From positions 737,552 to 801,551 of the forward strand of contig NMRA01000045.1 of assembly GCA_002633005.1 (NCBI GenBank): a stretch of DNA of 64,000 nt, read 5' to 3'. Position 1 is the stretch's first letter; every line of letters begins with the position of its first letter. The DNA is from Phoronis australis (lineage: Eukaryota > Animalia > Phoronida). Under the pieces are notes generated by a model. The model searched no databases. It saw only the letters and a list, made by a program, of their open reading frames with translations, and had not been told where the DNA came from. The position numbers were made by a program, and so were the translations under genes. Positions 1 to 11,917 of the stretch are shown here, piece after piece.

Positions 1-349
1 TGAGTGTGTACGGGTGCCAGCAGTTGAACCGTTACTGTATTTATTCTGTTGCCTGTTTCGGGCACCACCGCTCGAATCAAATTGTTATTCAGCGAGGCTG
101 CAAGGCTGCAAAAGGGCGGGCGTTGCGGCTATTAAGCACAGAAACAGTATCAGAAAGAAAAAAAATGAGAACTCATGCCGATGAAAATGACAACTTCATT
201 TTTCATTTAGTTACCCATTTAGTATAGTAAATTTTGATCTCATTGCCAAATCATGCAAATGGCTCAAGAGTAAATACTAGCAGTGGTGAAAATAGTGATT
301 TTAAAAATTCTTACCATATAAATGTCATGGCTTCATTTCATGGTCCCAG

Positions 350-474
350 GATCTTCGGGAGGCATTCGAAAAAGAGGCTAAAGAAAGCGGCAAACCGAGG
401 CTCCTTCTTTCGGCTGCAGTCTCGTGCGGAAAGGAAATCATTGACGGCGGATATGAAATAGCGGAAATTAACAA
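350..474 (+). CDS. chitinase exon (upstream GH18 domain)
   Basis: cccag|GAT..AA|gtaagt; DLREAFEKEAKESGKPRLLLSAAVSCGKEIIDGGYEIAEIN(K). Confidence 0.9.
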
Positions 475-3400
475 GTAAGTATTCCCATTTGAAAAGCTAG
501 AAAGCATTTATTCCCAATGCAAACTGATGTTATTATAACTTAAATCCTATACTCTAATGTTGTATACTAATGCATTCAATAAAGTGTATGTATTGTACTT
601 GTTCTTGTCACGCATTGCGCAAAGCATTACCTAATCATTTCTCATTTTACTATGAGATCTGTAGAAAAGATAGATGACACTTATCCAGGTAGGATTTTCA
701 AAATACATATCACAACTGACATCGTCAGCAAAGCAGTTTCTACAACAGAAAGCTTTTATTCCAATATATGCCACTCTGGCGTACACAAAATTCATTTCAT
801 TTACATAATTTCAGGTACCTTGACTGGATAGGTCTCATGGCGTACGATTTGCACGGTCGTTGGAATAAGAAAACTGGAGCAAACGCTCCGCTTTATGGAA
901 GAAGCGTCGAAAATGGTACTGAAGCCACCTTGAATGTGGTATGTTGATAGGAAACATGAATATGGTGTGTCAGATTTGACTGTTACACGATAGAGACATG
1001 TCAGGAACCGTTCACGCTTATCGTAGTCATTAGGAAGGGAGGAGGTGAAGATCTGCTACTGGCGTCGACGTTTTCGAGATAGAATATCATAGAGTTCAAC
1101 AAAGATTAACACTTTATTTATCACTTTTCATACTGGTAAAATGTGACAAAAGTTCGGACAGCCTTCCTCGAATGAATTTTTGTGTTTTATATGTATCTGA
1201 CTATCCTGATACTCCTAGCAATGCTTTAGGAACACAAGAAAATACGATTTACACTCTCAAACGCAGTCACGTCAAATGAACCGCGGGGCATATTTTGGTG
1301 CCACTCAGCAAACAAACAACGGCCAATAGCAGAAGTTTTGAACGTACCCCCTCCCGTACATGTGGAGTGTGTATCTGCTGGGGCATCAGAATTCATTGCA
1401 TGGAACAACACTGTGAGCGGGTTTTGTTCGCAGCTGTTTCAAAGGGACGGTCCACCGAGATTACGCAGCGACTCTCGCGGTATTCACCCACAATGCAGTA
1501 ATATCCGTCAAAAACTTCTGTGGTCTTGTCTTCGCTCCATTAGAATTTCTTTTGTTATTTGTTGGGGGGTCTTGCCTTTTTCAACTTTTCTCGACTGCAT
1601 CAAGTGCACAGGGCCTTCCTACGGAGCATCCTATCACAGAAATGGCTGATGAAATTCATATGAAGCTTCAGGATACTCTGCTATGTAGGACTTCTGTGAT
1701 TTTCATAAAGAATCAAAAGTTGTACAAAACGAAAACGAAATGATAATTTAGAAAATTTTATTCTTTTTTGAGAGGTCATCTTATGTATATATTTCAAACG
1801 AAATTTGGTCAGAGTGAAAAAAAATCTACAGGTTTTTCACTTTTTGAAAAAATTGTGCTTTTACTGAGTTTAAATCTATAGTTTTGTAGATATTTGGCAA
1901 AACACACAGACTTGTGGATAATATCCTGTATAACCTTAACGGCAACCCCAATAGACTTTTTAAAATCGTAACATTTTTGCAATCTTAACTCAGAAGCCAT
2001 TTTGCTTAATAACTTTCTCATTATGGAAATTGCCCTCGTTCTTACTTTTTGATTTGTGTACACTTTCGGGGAAGGAGTCAGAGTGAAAAATGTGAAAACG
2101 GTGACACTAATAAAGGGTCACTTACAGAGTAAAACATCTTGAACATCTCAACAGGTCGTTGTGATCAAGGCAGTGAATGTTTGGACATACACATTGAGTC
2201 TGACGAGATGTCACCTTTGTCATTGGCATTGCTATGCAGAAAGTGACTGGTTTTAAGGTAAAGGCTGTCTCCGCCAAAGGATAAATTGAGTGTCAGCCAT
2301 GTTCATTTCAGTTGAAATTCGACCTGTCAATTTTGTTTGTTGTCAAGGATTTTAAGTTTCATAATATAGATATAAATATATTTATATATCCACGTGTCTT
2401 GTTCAGGACTGGGCCGTCAACTACTATTTACAAAATGGCGCTGACCCCAACAAGCTCGTCATGGGCGTTGGAACATATGGCCAGACTTACAAGTTGAAAG
2501 ACAGTAACAACATAAACATGGACTCGCCCACTGAGGGGACAGGGGCATCTAAGGGCCCTTACACTGGTACAGAAGGATTTCTGTCATACTATGAGGTAGG
2601 TAACCAAACCCGACAGGCTGCTTCTTGACCGAGTTCTAATAGGCCTGCTGCCAAATGCAGTTGTAAGAAAAACACGGAAATACTTTTGTTTATGAGTAAT
2701 TTCCTTATTTTGGACAAACACGTGTGCGTCCATGCAACGCGTGGATCTACATTCCATTGAAAAATGGTGACAAAACAGAATCATTTCAGGTGTTTGCAAA
2801 GACCTGTCATTCAAAATTTGTTGTGTGAACACACTCTAGTAACGAAATGTTAGAGGAAGACCTGGGTAGAAGTTTTCAACAGTTGATAAACGCATCTTTG
2901 TTCGCAAACGAGATATGATGAAATATTTGGCGACCAGGGACCTTTCATCGTCAATGAACACAAAATTGAACTGGGAATCGACTCTAATTTAGTACATTCT
3001 TGTCCTATTTAGATTTGTGACAAGCTGACGTATGGGTGGGGCAGGAAGTGGGACAACGAACAGAAGATTCCGTACGCATACAGTTACTACATGGGCGAAT
3101 GGGTCGGATATGATGACGTAGAAAGCATAGCAGTTAAGGTATTAAATGAATTACGTACTCAAGCGAAAATAAATAAGCAATTATCGAAGCATCCCTCTGA
3201 CGATGTTCTTATATTCCGAAATTGTTTAACTGCAAAATAGATATAACATGAGCGCTTTGAAAAATAAGAAAATAAACCAGAAAACAAATTCGGCCAAACT
3301 GAAAATTTTCAGTACAACCTCTGTAAATACGGTATCATCCTCGAATCATGGTTTTCCAACAGAACGCACGGCGGTTCGGCATGACTGAATTTTAAAAAGT

Positions 3401-6400
3401 TTTCAAACTTGCGTTTCGTTTTCTTCTTCGAGAGGATGATTTTAGAGAAGGCGAGGTTTCATAAAGTCCTAAGTTAATTTCGCTTCACTCAGGCTGAGTA
3501 CGTAAAGAAGAAGAACTTGGCGGGAACTATGATTTGGACCATTGACCTCGACGACTTCACTGGACGGCGATGTAACCGCGGAAAGTATCCATCGCTCCAA
3601 ACGATCAATGACGTATTTGTCAATAACCAAACCGTAGCATCTACAACACCTTCAGTGCTAAAACAAAAGAGCACAGTTAACACGACAGGTGAGTTTTGTC
3701 ATCAAAACAAAAAAAAACAAAAAAAAAAAACAAGTAAACATAGACCGCAATTTGAAACTACATTGCCACGGTCCTCTTTACGTTTCCACAATCCCTTGGT
3801 TCACTCCGGTCACATGAGGGCGCTGCGAAGGAACGTTGGTCCACCCATGTCTAAGATGAGCTATCGATGGGGAATACGTACCGAAACAAAAACTCTGTAT
3901 TGCGTCTTTTTTACACATTTCCCATATTATTCATTTAAGGGTTTAAAGTCTTGTGGTGTGGGGATGAAGGAAGAACAAGAGCAGTCTTATTCATTCCGTA
4001 CAAGTTCTTCTTTTGTGAAACACTCAGGATAATAATACGTCAAATAACAATAATGCCCACACACGGATTTCTGCGTCGGTCTTTGTTCTTTCACAGGGCC
4101 TTCACAAGTGACGCTGTGACATATTGTATTTCAGTTAATGTTCCGGCTGGGTTTGATATCCAGTTCACTTAAAATTTGCTGTGTTTGTCGTCAATGCAAC
4201 ATAAACCTAGCCAGATTTTAGTAACGCTATGACCTCGCTACAGAACGAGACTTCGAGATTACGTGAGATGTTGTATTTTAAATGATTTTTGCTAGTTTAA
4301 GCGAGGTCCTAGCGCTACTGAACTCTGCCCAGGTGTGCACATTAAACTAAAGCTATTATAGTCTTCTGACGCAGATGTGACTATTTCCAAGTTATATTAC
4401 TTCAGAGCTCCCTGACGACGGCCTTTACAAGCGCGTTTGTTACTTCACCAACTGGGCCAAGTACCGACCGCGGGAGGGTAAATTCACAGTAGGACAAGTG
4501 GACCCAGAACTGTGTACTCACGTGATCTTTGCTTTTGCCAATGTGAGTGCCAACGGCTACATATACCCTACGGATCCAGAAGACGACATGTTCCCAATTA
4601 AGGCATGTAAGTGTCACAGGTATTTTTATGTATTGTCTGAGATGCTGCAGAGAAAAAAGTCATTCTATGCCACGAATCTTAAAATTTCCCATGATTGAAC
4701 GTAGACGCATTGATGTGATCTTGGATGTCATATCATGATTACAGGTGAGTATAGCAGATAACAGCATTCCCAGGAGTCGAATATGTAGGCAACAGAAATG
4801 AATTATGAAAGAAACAATACAGTAATATACACACATACACACAAAAGTAAATATCCGGTGTCCCAAAAAGTGAGTCACTTTTTGACAAGTAATTTATCAG
4901 CAATGAATTAACAGATTTTTTTTCAAATTTCTTATAGATAAACCTTAAAATATCATGAATAAATGTGCAAAATATCAACGAGATTTGTGCCCAATTGTGC
5001 GAGAACTGTCAAATAAAATACATTTAGTCAAAAAATAAAATTTCAAAGGGAATCTCGCTTATTTTAGTCTATGCTCGATGTGGCCCCTATATCTTCTTTC
5101 ATGACGACTGCATGGAGCCGTTTCTTCCAGCCAGAAATGCTTTTCCGTATTTCTTCCATCGAGATTTCCTCCCATGACATATTATCCTGTCTTTTAACAC
5201 CTGCTCATTCAAATTGTCTCTCATTCCCCGGTAAACTTTCTCCTTCAGAGAGTCCCATATGGCATAGTCCGTTGAATTGCAGTCAGGACTGAACGGAGGC
5301 CAATCATCCTTTTTGATGAATTTTGGTGTGACCTCTTTCAGATGAGCCTGGGTTATCTTGCTCGTGTGTGAAGGAGCTCCATCTTGCTGAAGCACGTAAT
5401 TGTTTCCAGGATAAAATCGCCTGCAATCCGGGAGAAGATTTTCATCCAATAACTGCATGTAGCGTTGACTATTACTTTTGGCTCTATCAGTGTCGATAAA
5501 ACGATTATGTTTTTCCTTCTCATGATATTCCAGCGGAAATCATTACTTTTTTGAAAAATCTGGACGTCTCATGATACTGTCGAGAAGGCTGAATTTCTCG
5601 TTTTTGTTTCCCATAAACACTAGAGTTCATACTGAGAACTGCTCTTTGGTGTGATACGGCCCTAATTGATTGATAAGAAGTCCCGTTTTTCAGCAATATT
5701 CACATCATTCAACAAACTCAAAGAAGATAATCCAAACTTAAAGACGCTGCTCGCGATCGGCGGGTGGTCGGCAGGCACGGAAGTGTTCACTTCAATGACG
5801 TCATCTGATGAGTATCGAAGGAACTTTGTCGAAACTTCTATAGGATACTTGCGAATACGAGGCTTTGACGGCCTTGATATGGACTGGGAGTTTCCAGCCG
5901 CCAGGGGAAGCCCTCCTGAAGATAGAGAACGATTTACTTTACTGATAAAGGTATTTCCCACAAACGAAAACATGGAAATCATGAAATAAATAGTACAAAT
6001 CTTACAAGCGTTCCAGACCTGTAGACCTTATTCACGCAGTCGCCATTTTAAAAGTGAGCCTCTTTCTGCGCTTAATAGCAGCGCAAAGCGTGATTTTTTC
6101 GTGTGCCTCGTTATGTTCATGTCTCAAATGCATTGATTTTTAAACCTAAAAAACAGGCTTACTGCTAAAATGGCGACTGTGTGAAGAAGGTCTATAGTTA
6201 TCAAACTAAAGATATATTTGCATGCTTCTAACTATGCTAATGTTCAGCAAGAACTAGACAACAATACTATTTGAACATCATCTACTCTAAACAAAATGCA
6301 GTTGTATTCATTGACAACTTGTAAATGTGAAAATAAAAAATTCTGCGAAAAGGTGACCTTTGCACTAATGACGTACCTTGGAGGCTCGCATATCCCGCAT

Positions 6401-9400
6401 CATGCAGTGTTATTCCCCCACGCCACGTCATGATACTTACTGGATACGGTTGAGTGATTTACGGTGGATCATTTTCGACACCAAAGTCGTTCTCAAAAAC
6501 ATTTGGCAATTTTCAACCTACTTCATATTCACATCGTCGCTGTATGTTGTGTTTCTAACTAATTTGACCAAGCAATCACAGAGATAAGGAATTAGCGTGG
6601 AAGTTCCATTTTAACAATGACTGGATGAAGCCAAATCTGGATGAGTTGGTATTCTCTGCATTTGGCACTGTGTTAATGGGTGAAAACAATTTTTTATCAT
6701 AATAGTGTTAGAGTTCAAGACGTATTTTATATGGTGGATAATTTGGTTTATAACACGCCTTCATACAAGGTTTTAAGTATGTAGGAAGTGAGCTGTATCC
6801 GCACGTGAGTTGGTTCCGTTGGCTTCTATAGAAAATTGATTTACAGTGTTTGCGTGTCTCAAGTTATTCTTTATCCGGATTAGAATATTTCTGAGGTAGG
6901 AAAGAACTGACATTTCGTTTATTAACATATAAGATGACCAACCGTATCAAGGCTCGAACTTTTTATATGTTTGCCTTATGAACAGGAGCTCCGAGAAGCA
7001 TACGAGGAGGAGGCAAGGCGAACCGGGAAGGAGCGCCTTCTGTTGACAGCTGCCGTCCATGTTGGTGCAGACACCATCGAAAAGGGATACGAGCCCGCCA
7101 AACTGTCTAGGTACTAGCAATTGAAGGTCTTGGTGTGTAAATCAATGTAAAATTCAACGTATTAAACTATATTTTAAAATGGTGGCCTCACAATTTTCAA
7201 TAAATATGGGGGTCATACGAATATGGGAATTAAAAAACTCTTAGGTACCAACTATCTTGACTTTCAATAATTAAACAAAAGTAGACTGAAGTGTGCGCTG
7301 GCATATATTTAAGATGTCGCGAAAGACTGACTACAATGTCCAAATAACAAAAAGTGTTGCTATGGCCGCTGTTTATTTCAGGTCATGTTGCTGGGAGGAA
7401 AGTGCGTCCCCTGAACGTATCGTATCCAATGTATTTCGAATTAGCATTTACTTCCGTTGAAGCTTAGCAGCGATTTGGTTTCAGTTGATCTTATTTTTAT
7501 TATCCCAGATACGTCGATTGGTTCAATTTAATGGCTTACGATTTCGAGGCCCGCTGGGGCAAACACACTGGCGGCAACGCTCCCCTTTTCAATAGAACCT
7601 GGCACTGGAATACGGACATAGGGCACACACTGAGTGTGGTAAGATAATTAGACGACATGTATTTAATATAAATGTTGTGTCTGTAATGGTGCAAGAATGT
7701 GCATGCTCGTATATATTTAGTGTGAAGCATCGTTTGGATGACGGTTGCTTACTATTAAAATGGTGACCCCTGTCCTGAAATAGCACATCACAACACTCCT
7801 CATGTGGTATTTACCCACAATGCAACATTTGTGTGGCACACTTAGCCTGCTTCTTCACATGTAAATGTATTAATCACTACCTCGTATTCTAATTATTATG
7901 TGATACATAACTGTAATGGATGGAAATTTGTATTATCGCGTTTCAAGTTTTGACGGTATCATCAAGAAATTGGTAAAAAGGGCGAATATCAGTGTTGGAT
8001 ATGTTACCTTTGTTAAACAACCCAAGAGTGACATTGTGTACTTTAGTAAGATAGTCATGCAATGTAGCCGTCTACCTTCAATCATTAGAGGCGAGTTTAT
8101 TACTGAGGATGGCCTGTTAGCGCACTGCAGATGACACCAGATGAATTTTAGCTCCCATCTCGAATTATTCACATAAACTTGTAGCCAGAACGAGGATCAA
8201 GGGTTTTATACATATAGATTCTATAACTCAATAGTTACATGTAACATAAGAATTATTTAATACTTAATGGCAATAATTCACTTATTTTTCATCATGTTAT
8301 TTTATTCGCTGTGGTATAATGACTACTGAACAGCCTCTTGTATTGTATGCATGCACCTTTGGGCAGTCGTCATATTACGGAAATATTTTTCAGGACTGGG
8401 CCGTTCGAAAATGGATATCACTGGGAACGCCTAGTAGGAAAATTATGTTGGGTATAGGCACGTACGGACAGACGTTTGAGTTGAAGTCCAAGGTCCATAC
8501 AACAGCCGGCGCTTATACTACGGGAAAGGGCGGGAGTAAAGGAGAGTACACAGGAACTGCGGGCTTTCTGTCCTATTATGAGGTTGGTGAGCCAAATATG
8601 GCTATTTCTCTCTTTTTGTTTTTGCCATAACATCCTTTTAAAACAGTGTTTAGCTAATGCTGACCGTGAAAAGTGAAAGTAGGACCGACAAGTGTGGTTG
8701 AATTTATTTCTGGTATACAGGTGCTGTTCAGTCACAGAGATAGACTTAAGCTTTCATTAGACAATTATTTGCTCGTGGTCTCTTCGAATAGACGTCGGTT
8801 TGTACTACGTTACCTAACCGAAAAGCGGATTTGATCTCGGTGCGTTGCTTGAAGATCTACCGAATATGTGCGTTTTTAGGCATTGTGCTCCTATATCCGA
8901 AACAATGCGTTTTCTCGTATCTCTACCTTTTCATAGATTTGCCACAAACTTCGTGTGTTGAACTGGACACGGGGTTACGAAGATGAGCAACAGTTCCCGT
9001 ACGCGTATAAAGACATGGAGTGGGTAGGATATGATGACGTGCAGAGTGTGACTGCTAAGGTGAGAGGCTGGCGCCGATTTCCAATTCAGCTTTGCTAAAA
9101 AGCTCTAAATCAATTTCTCACGCAAACAAATTCATTTGAAGCGCATTTTATTCCTAAATCTTGTTCTTTCAACAAGACATCAATTCTTTTTAAAGCATTG
9201 CAACGGAATTTATCATAGAATTTCTAAGTTTGATTTGAATTTCTGGGGGCTTACGAACCAAAACGATGGTCATCGAAATTTTGGCACCGAACATCCCGTT
9301 GTATAAACGTGATTCAATATTTTCTATATCTTTTCTAATTGTCGTCTTTTGCTTTTCAATGTTCATCTTCTTTAAATTACTTCGGCTTCACTCTATGAAA

Positions 9401-11074
9401 ACCCAAAATCAAAACTAAGAGCCTCCGCAAACGGAGAATTACGAGATCATTGAACGATAACTGAGCTTAAAAGTAAGCTAACAGCTCAGTTATCGCTCAC
9501 TCGTCGAGGCAGGCAGCTGAGCTCGAAGGTCTCCGCCGCATGCCGTGGCTCGTCAGCCATCTTCCCTTGGCGCTCATAATGTATCTTCCCAAGGCAGCAC
9601 TTAGTAGTTCCAGTGTGGCGAGGAGCACTCATGGCCGTTAAGCGTAAAAAAAATGTTATCATTCACATGGAAACATTTCACATGCACCTTTTGAGGGTTG
9701 TGAGAGCACAAAGGCGTCTTTTACTTGACCTAGTTGCTAATTCTGATGTGCAACGAAACGCATTTCTTTGAGACCTCGAACGCATTTCTGTGAGAATCGT
9801 TTGAATAACCCATCGCACAACAGTGTCAAACTGACGGCGTGATATTCACTGAGAATTTATAAAACTTGTGTATATATGCCGCTGCATCAAACCCATACAA
9901 GAACATTGAACGCTGTCCACCAACTACCCTATCGCCATCTAACGACGTCGCCGTTAAATCTGAAAATAGCTATTTCAATACGCGAGTCCACGTTTCACCC
10001 ACCATTTTGAAAAATTAGGTAGTCTACCTAAATTTAACAACTAAAAACGAATGCAATTACCATTCCTACGTATTCAAAATGGTCACAAACTCCCTTTTGT
10101 TTCCCAAGGACCCCTTCGCTCAATCAGATTCTGGAGCGCAGTGCACGATGCTGTTGTTTTCCGTAAAATTCCGAATATTTGCAAAGTCGGCTACGTTTTC
10201 ACGACGTCCAGCACGGGGTTAGTAAAGCCTCGGTACAAAAAAAAGTCTATAAATAATTTAAGTCCCGATATTGCCACAATCATCGTAGATTAGTATCACT
10301 GATCACTGCAGCATCGGCTGCCCAGCGAAGCCGAGGTTCGAGGGATAATAGCCATTCTCACAAATAATCTATAATCTGAAAGTTGTTTGTGTCCAAACAA
10401 TACCACAGGATTGGCGTACTGACGACATAAGTTTACTGTCAAGTGTTGCTTTTTCCATTTACTCGGCGCTATTTAGAAATGTACACTTTATTGCCCGGTT
10501 CCTATAGAGGTCAATGTAAAATTCGAATTTTTTATTCTACCTAGATCTCTACCACGCTAGTGCTCAGGCACTGTACTAATCATACTCAACTCAAAACCCT
10601 GGACTCGTGCATTGAATGTTGAAACAATTAACATCTTGTCACGGAAATAACATAACGATTTCATGTTTAAATTTTCTGTGAGATGCCGTGTTTTTACACA
10701 AACGGCACTGCCGAGCGATTTTCAACTGAAAAAATAAGCCTGCACGTTTAGAATTTTATGAAAATTATTTAATTTCTTTTCAGATGACGTACGTCAAATA
10801 CATGAAATTGGGAGGTGCAATGGCGTGGACAATGGATACGGATGACTTTTCAGGAGGGTTCTGCAACGAAGGCCCGTCACCGTTAATCTCTCTGTTTGAT
10901 AAACTTTTGAAGCCCGACAGTTATTACATAACAACGCGACCTCCACGGAACGACGATAGACGACCCAAGCCCCCAAATGGCGGCGCTAGTGTCCGCGCAC
11001 AATGGCCTTCTTTAGCATTGTCATGTGGACTGATTTTCACAGTCTTCAAAGTATTCATGATTGAGACTTATTAA
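350..11074 (+). CDS. Multi-domain GH18 chitinase, 5'-partial spliced gene: join(350..474,815..938,2407..2595,3013..3138,3493..3688,4406..4606,5694..5950,6986..7110,7509..7638,8394..8582,8937..9059,10784..11074)
   Basis: Twelve AG/GT-bounded exons join in frame (2076 nt, 691 aa plus stop) with compatible phases. GH18 motifs seen: RVCYFTNWAKYR, DPELCTHVIFAFA, KTLLAIGGW, FDGLDMDWEFP, LMAYD, GFLSYYEIC, WVGYDD, GAMAWTMDTDDF. Confidence 0.95.
815..938 (+). CDS. chitinase exon (upstream GH18 domain)
   Basis: ttcag|G..GTG|gtatgt; YLDWIGLMAYDLHGRWNKKTGANAPLYGRSVENGTEATLNV. Confidence 0.93.
2407..2595 (+). CDS. chitinase exon (upstream GH18 domain)
   Basis: ttcag|GAC..GAG|gtaggt; DWAVNYYLQNGADPNKLVMGVGTYG...GPYTGTEGFLSYYE. 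Confidence 0.93.
3013..3138 (+). CDS. chitinase exon (upstream GH18 domain)
   Basis: tttag|ATT..AAG|gtatta; ICDKLTYGWGRKWDNEQKIPYAYSYYMGEWVGYDDVESIAVK. Confidence 0.93.
3493..3688 (+). CDS. chitinase exon (end of upstream GH18 domain plus S/T-rich linker)
   Basis: ctcag|GCT..G|gtgagt; AEYVKKKNLAGTMIWTIDLDDFTGRRC...STTPSVLKQKSTVNTT. Confidence 0.93.
4205..4334. mobile_element. MITE, 130 bp, ~35-bp imperfect TIRs (intronic)
   Basis: Left arm acctagccagattttagtaacgctatgacctcgct; reverse complement of right arm acctgggcagagttcagtagcgctaggacctcgct. Confidence 0.65.
4406..4606 (+). CDS. chitinase exon (start of last GH18 domain)
   Basis: ttcag|AG..T|gtaagt; LPDDGLYKRVCYFTNWAKYRPREGKFTVGQVDPELCTHVIFAFA. 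Confidence 0.93.
4854..5620 (-). mobile_element. Truncated Tc1/mariner transposon, DD37D (maT-type) transposase pseudogene in chitinase intron
   Basis: LQQDGAPSH...WPPFSPDCNSTDYAIW with 37 residues between the last two catalytic Asp. The upstream VMISAGIS segment has a stop and frameshift. One terminus TA|tccggtgtcccaaaaagtg is visible at 4852. Confidence 0.88.
5694..5950 (+). CDS. chitinase exon with catalytic DxDxE motif
   Basis: tttcag|CA..AAG|gtattt; LKTLLAIGGWSAG...GFDGLDMDWEFP. Confidence 0.95.
6022..6194. mobile_element. MITE, ~40-bp TIRs (intronic)
   Basis: Left arm tagaccttattcacgcagtcgccattttaaaagtgagcct; reverse complement of right arm tagaccttcttcacacagtcgccattttagcagtaagcct. 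Confidence 0.8.
6986..7110 (+). CDS. chitinase exon (last GH18 domain)
   Basis: aacag|GAG..AG|gtacta; ELREAYEEEARRTGKERLLLTAAVHVGADTIEKGYEPAKLS(R). Confidence 0.92.
7509..7638 (+). CDS. chitinase exon (last GH18 domain)
   Basis: cccag|A..GTG|gtaaga; YVDWFNLMAYDFEARWGKHTGGNAPLF. Confidence 0.92.
8394..8582 (+). CDS. chitinase exon (last GH18 domain)
   Basis: tttcag|GAC..GAG|gttggt; DWAVRKWISLGTPSRKIMLGIGTYG...GFLSYYE. Confidence 0.92.
8937..9059 (+). CDS. chitinase exon (last GH18 domain)
   Basis: catag|ATT..AAG|gtgaga; ICHKLRVLNWTRGYEDEQQFPYAYKDMEWVGYDDVQSVTAK. Confidence 0.92.
10784..11074 (+). CDS. chitinase terminal coding exon with P/R-rich stalk and hydrophobic C-terminal tail
   Basis: tttcag|ATG..TAA; MTYVKYMKLGGAMAWTMDTDDFSGGFC...PNGGASVRAQWPSLALSCGLIFTVFKVFMIETY*. 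Confidence 0.92.
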   Translation: MTYVKYMKLGGAMAWTMDTDDFSGGFCNEGPSPLISLFDKLLKPDSYYITTRPPRNDDRRPKPPNGGASVRAQWPSLALSCGLIFTVFKVFMIETY

Positions 11075-11720
11075 GTAAGCACAATTTCATCTAACGTCAT
11101 TATTCAACGGAAAGTAAAGCTTGGTTCGCGGATCAAAGTGATTATTTTTTACCTGCTTGTCCGTGTTAGCAGGCTATATTCGTAGTTTGGCAGCACGGGT
11201 TACGACAGGTCAACCATCGCTAGACGATCTAATCGTGGGGTCTGATGGACAGAACTTAGATGTTCTGCCTTCGCGGATCCAATGTTTCACCCAAAGAGTC
11301 TGATAAGGGACAAACATAAGGTACTTGAGATTCCTCCGTTATAGCAATGTCACTCACGAACCTCCCTCTGGATCCGCGCCTGTGATATATCTGATGAGAA
11401 ATATCCAGTCGATCAAGTCTAGACTTTGTTCACATTGCTCTTTCTGTTCCGGTCTTTGTTATTTGTTAGCTGTTCTCATCAGTTACCTATACCGTGATCT
11501 TAGGTGTCAATACATTGATTACCCGTTTTTCAATTAATTTAGCTGTACGCTAAAATAATACAATGCGTTTACAAACTATTCCCTGGAGATTAGCTTGGAC
11601 CGAAGACCAAGATATTCAGTAGCGAGTGTCTGTATAGAGTAGTTCACACGTAAATGTACATTTAACATCTAACATTGTCATTTAACAATTAACTTGTTAA
11701 CATTGATGTATTTGATTATT

Positions 11721-11808
11721 TTTGTATATGCATATTGTCATTCATACAACTCCTAGGCTTGTTTTTTGTATATGCATAATGTCATCCATGCAACTCCTAG
11801 GCTTGTTT
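11721..11808. repeat. 44-bp tandem duplication in chitinase 3'UTR region
   Basis: tttgtatatgcatattgtcattcatacaactcctaggcttgttt occurs twice with 3 substitutions. Confidence 0.85.
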
Positions 11809-11911
11809 TTATTCCAAGACGATTAATTTGTCACGTGCAAAATTCTAAATGAAGCCATCATAAGGTAAAATATCTTTTTATCGTGTTATATGAAGACACA
11901 TTGTTGCTCAC

Positions 11912-11917
11912 AATAAA
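11912..11917 (+). terminator. Candidate polyadenylation signal of chitinase
   Basis: AATAAA about 840 nt after the stop codon, following a T-rich UTR-like region. Confidence 0.45.

Noticed and set aside
4700-4750. Extra chitinase micro-exon ending at cag|gtgagt (4745)
   Set aside because: No good in-frame acceptor upstream; the flanking exons already join in phase.
11075-11080. Splice donor (gtaagc) directly after the chitinase stop
   Set aside because: Weak exonic context and no evident partner acceptor; cannot be supported without transcripts.
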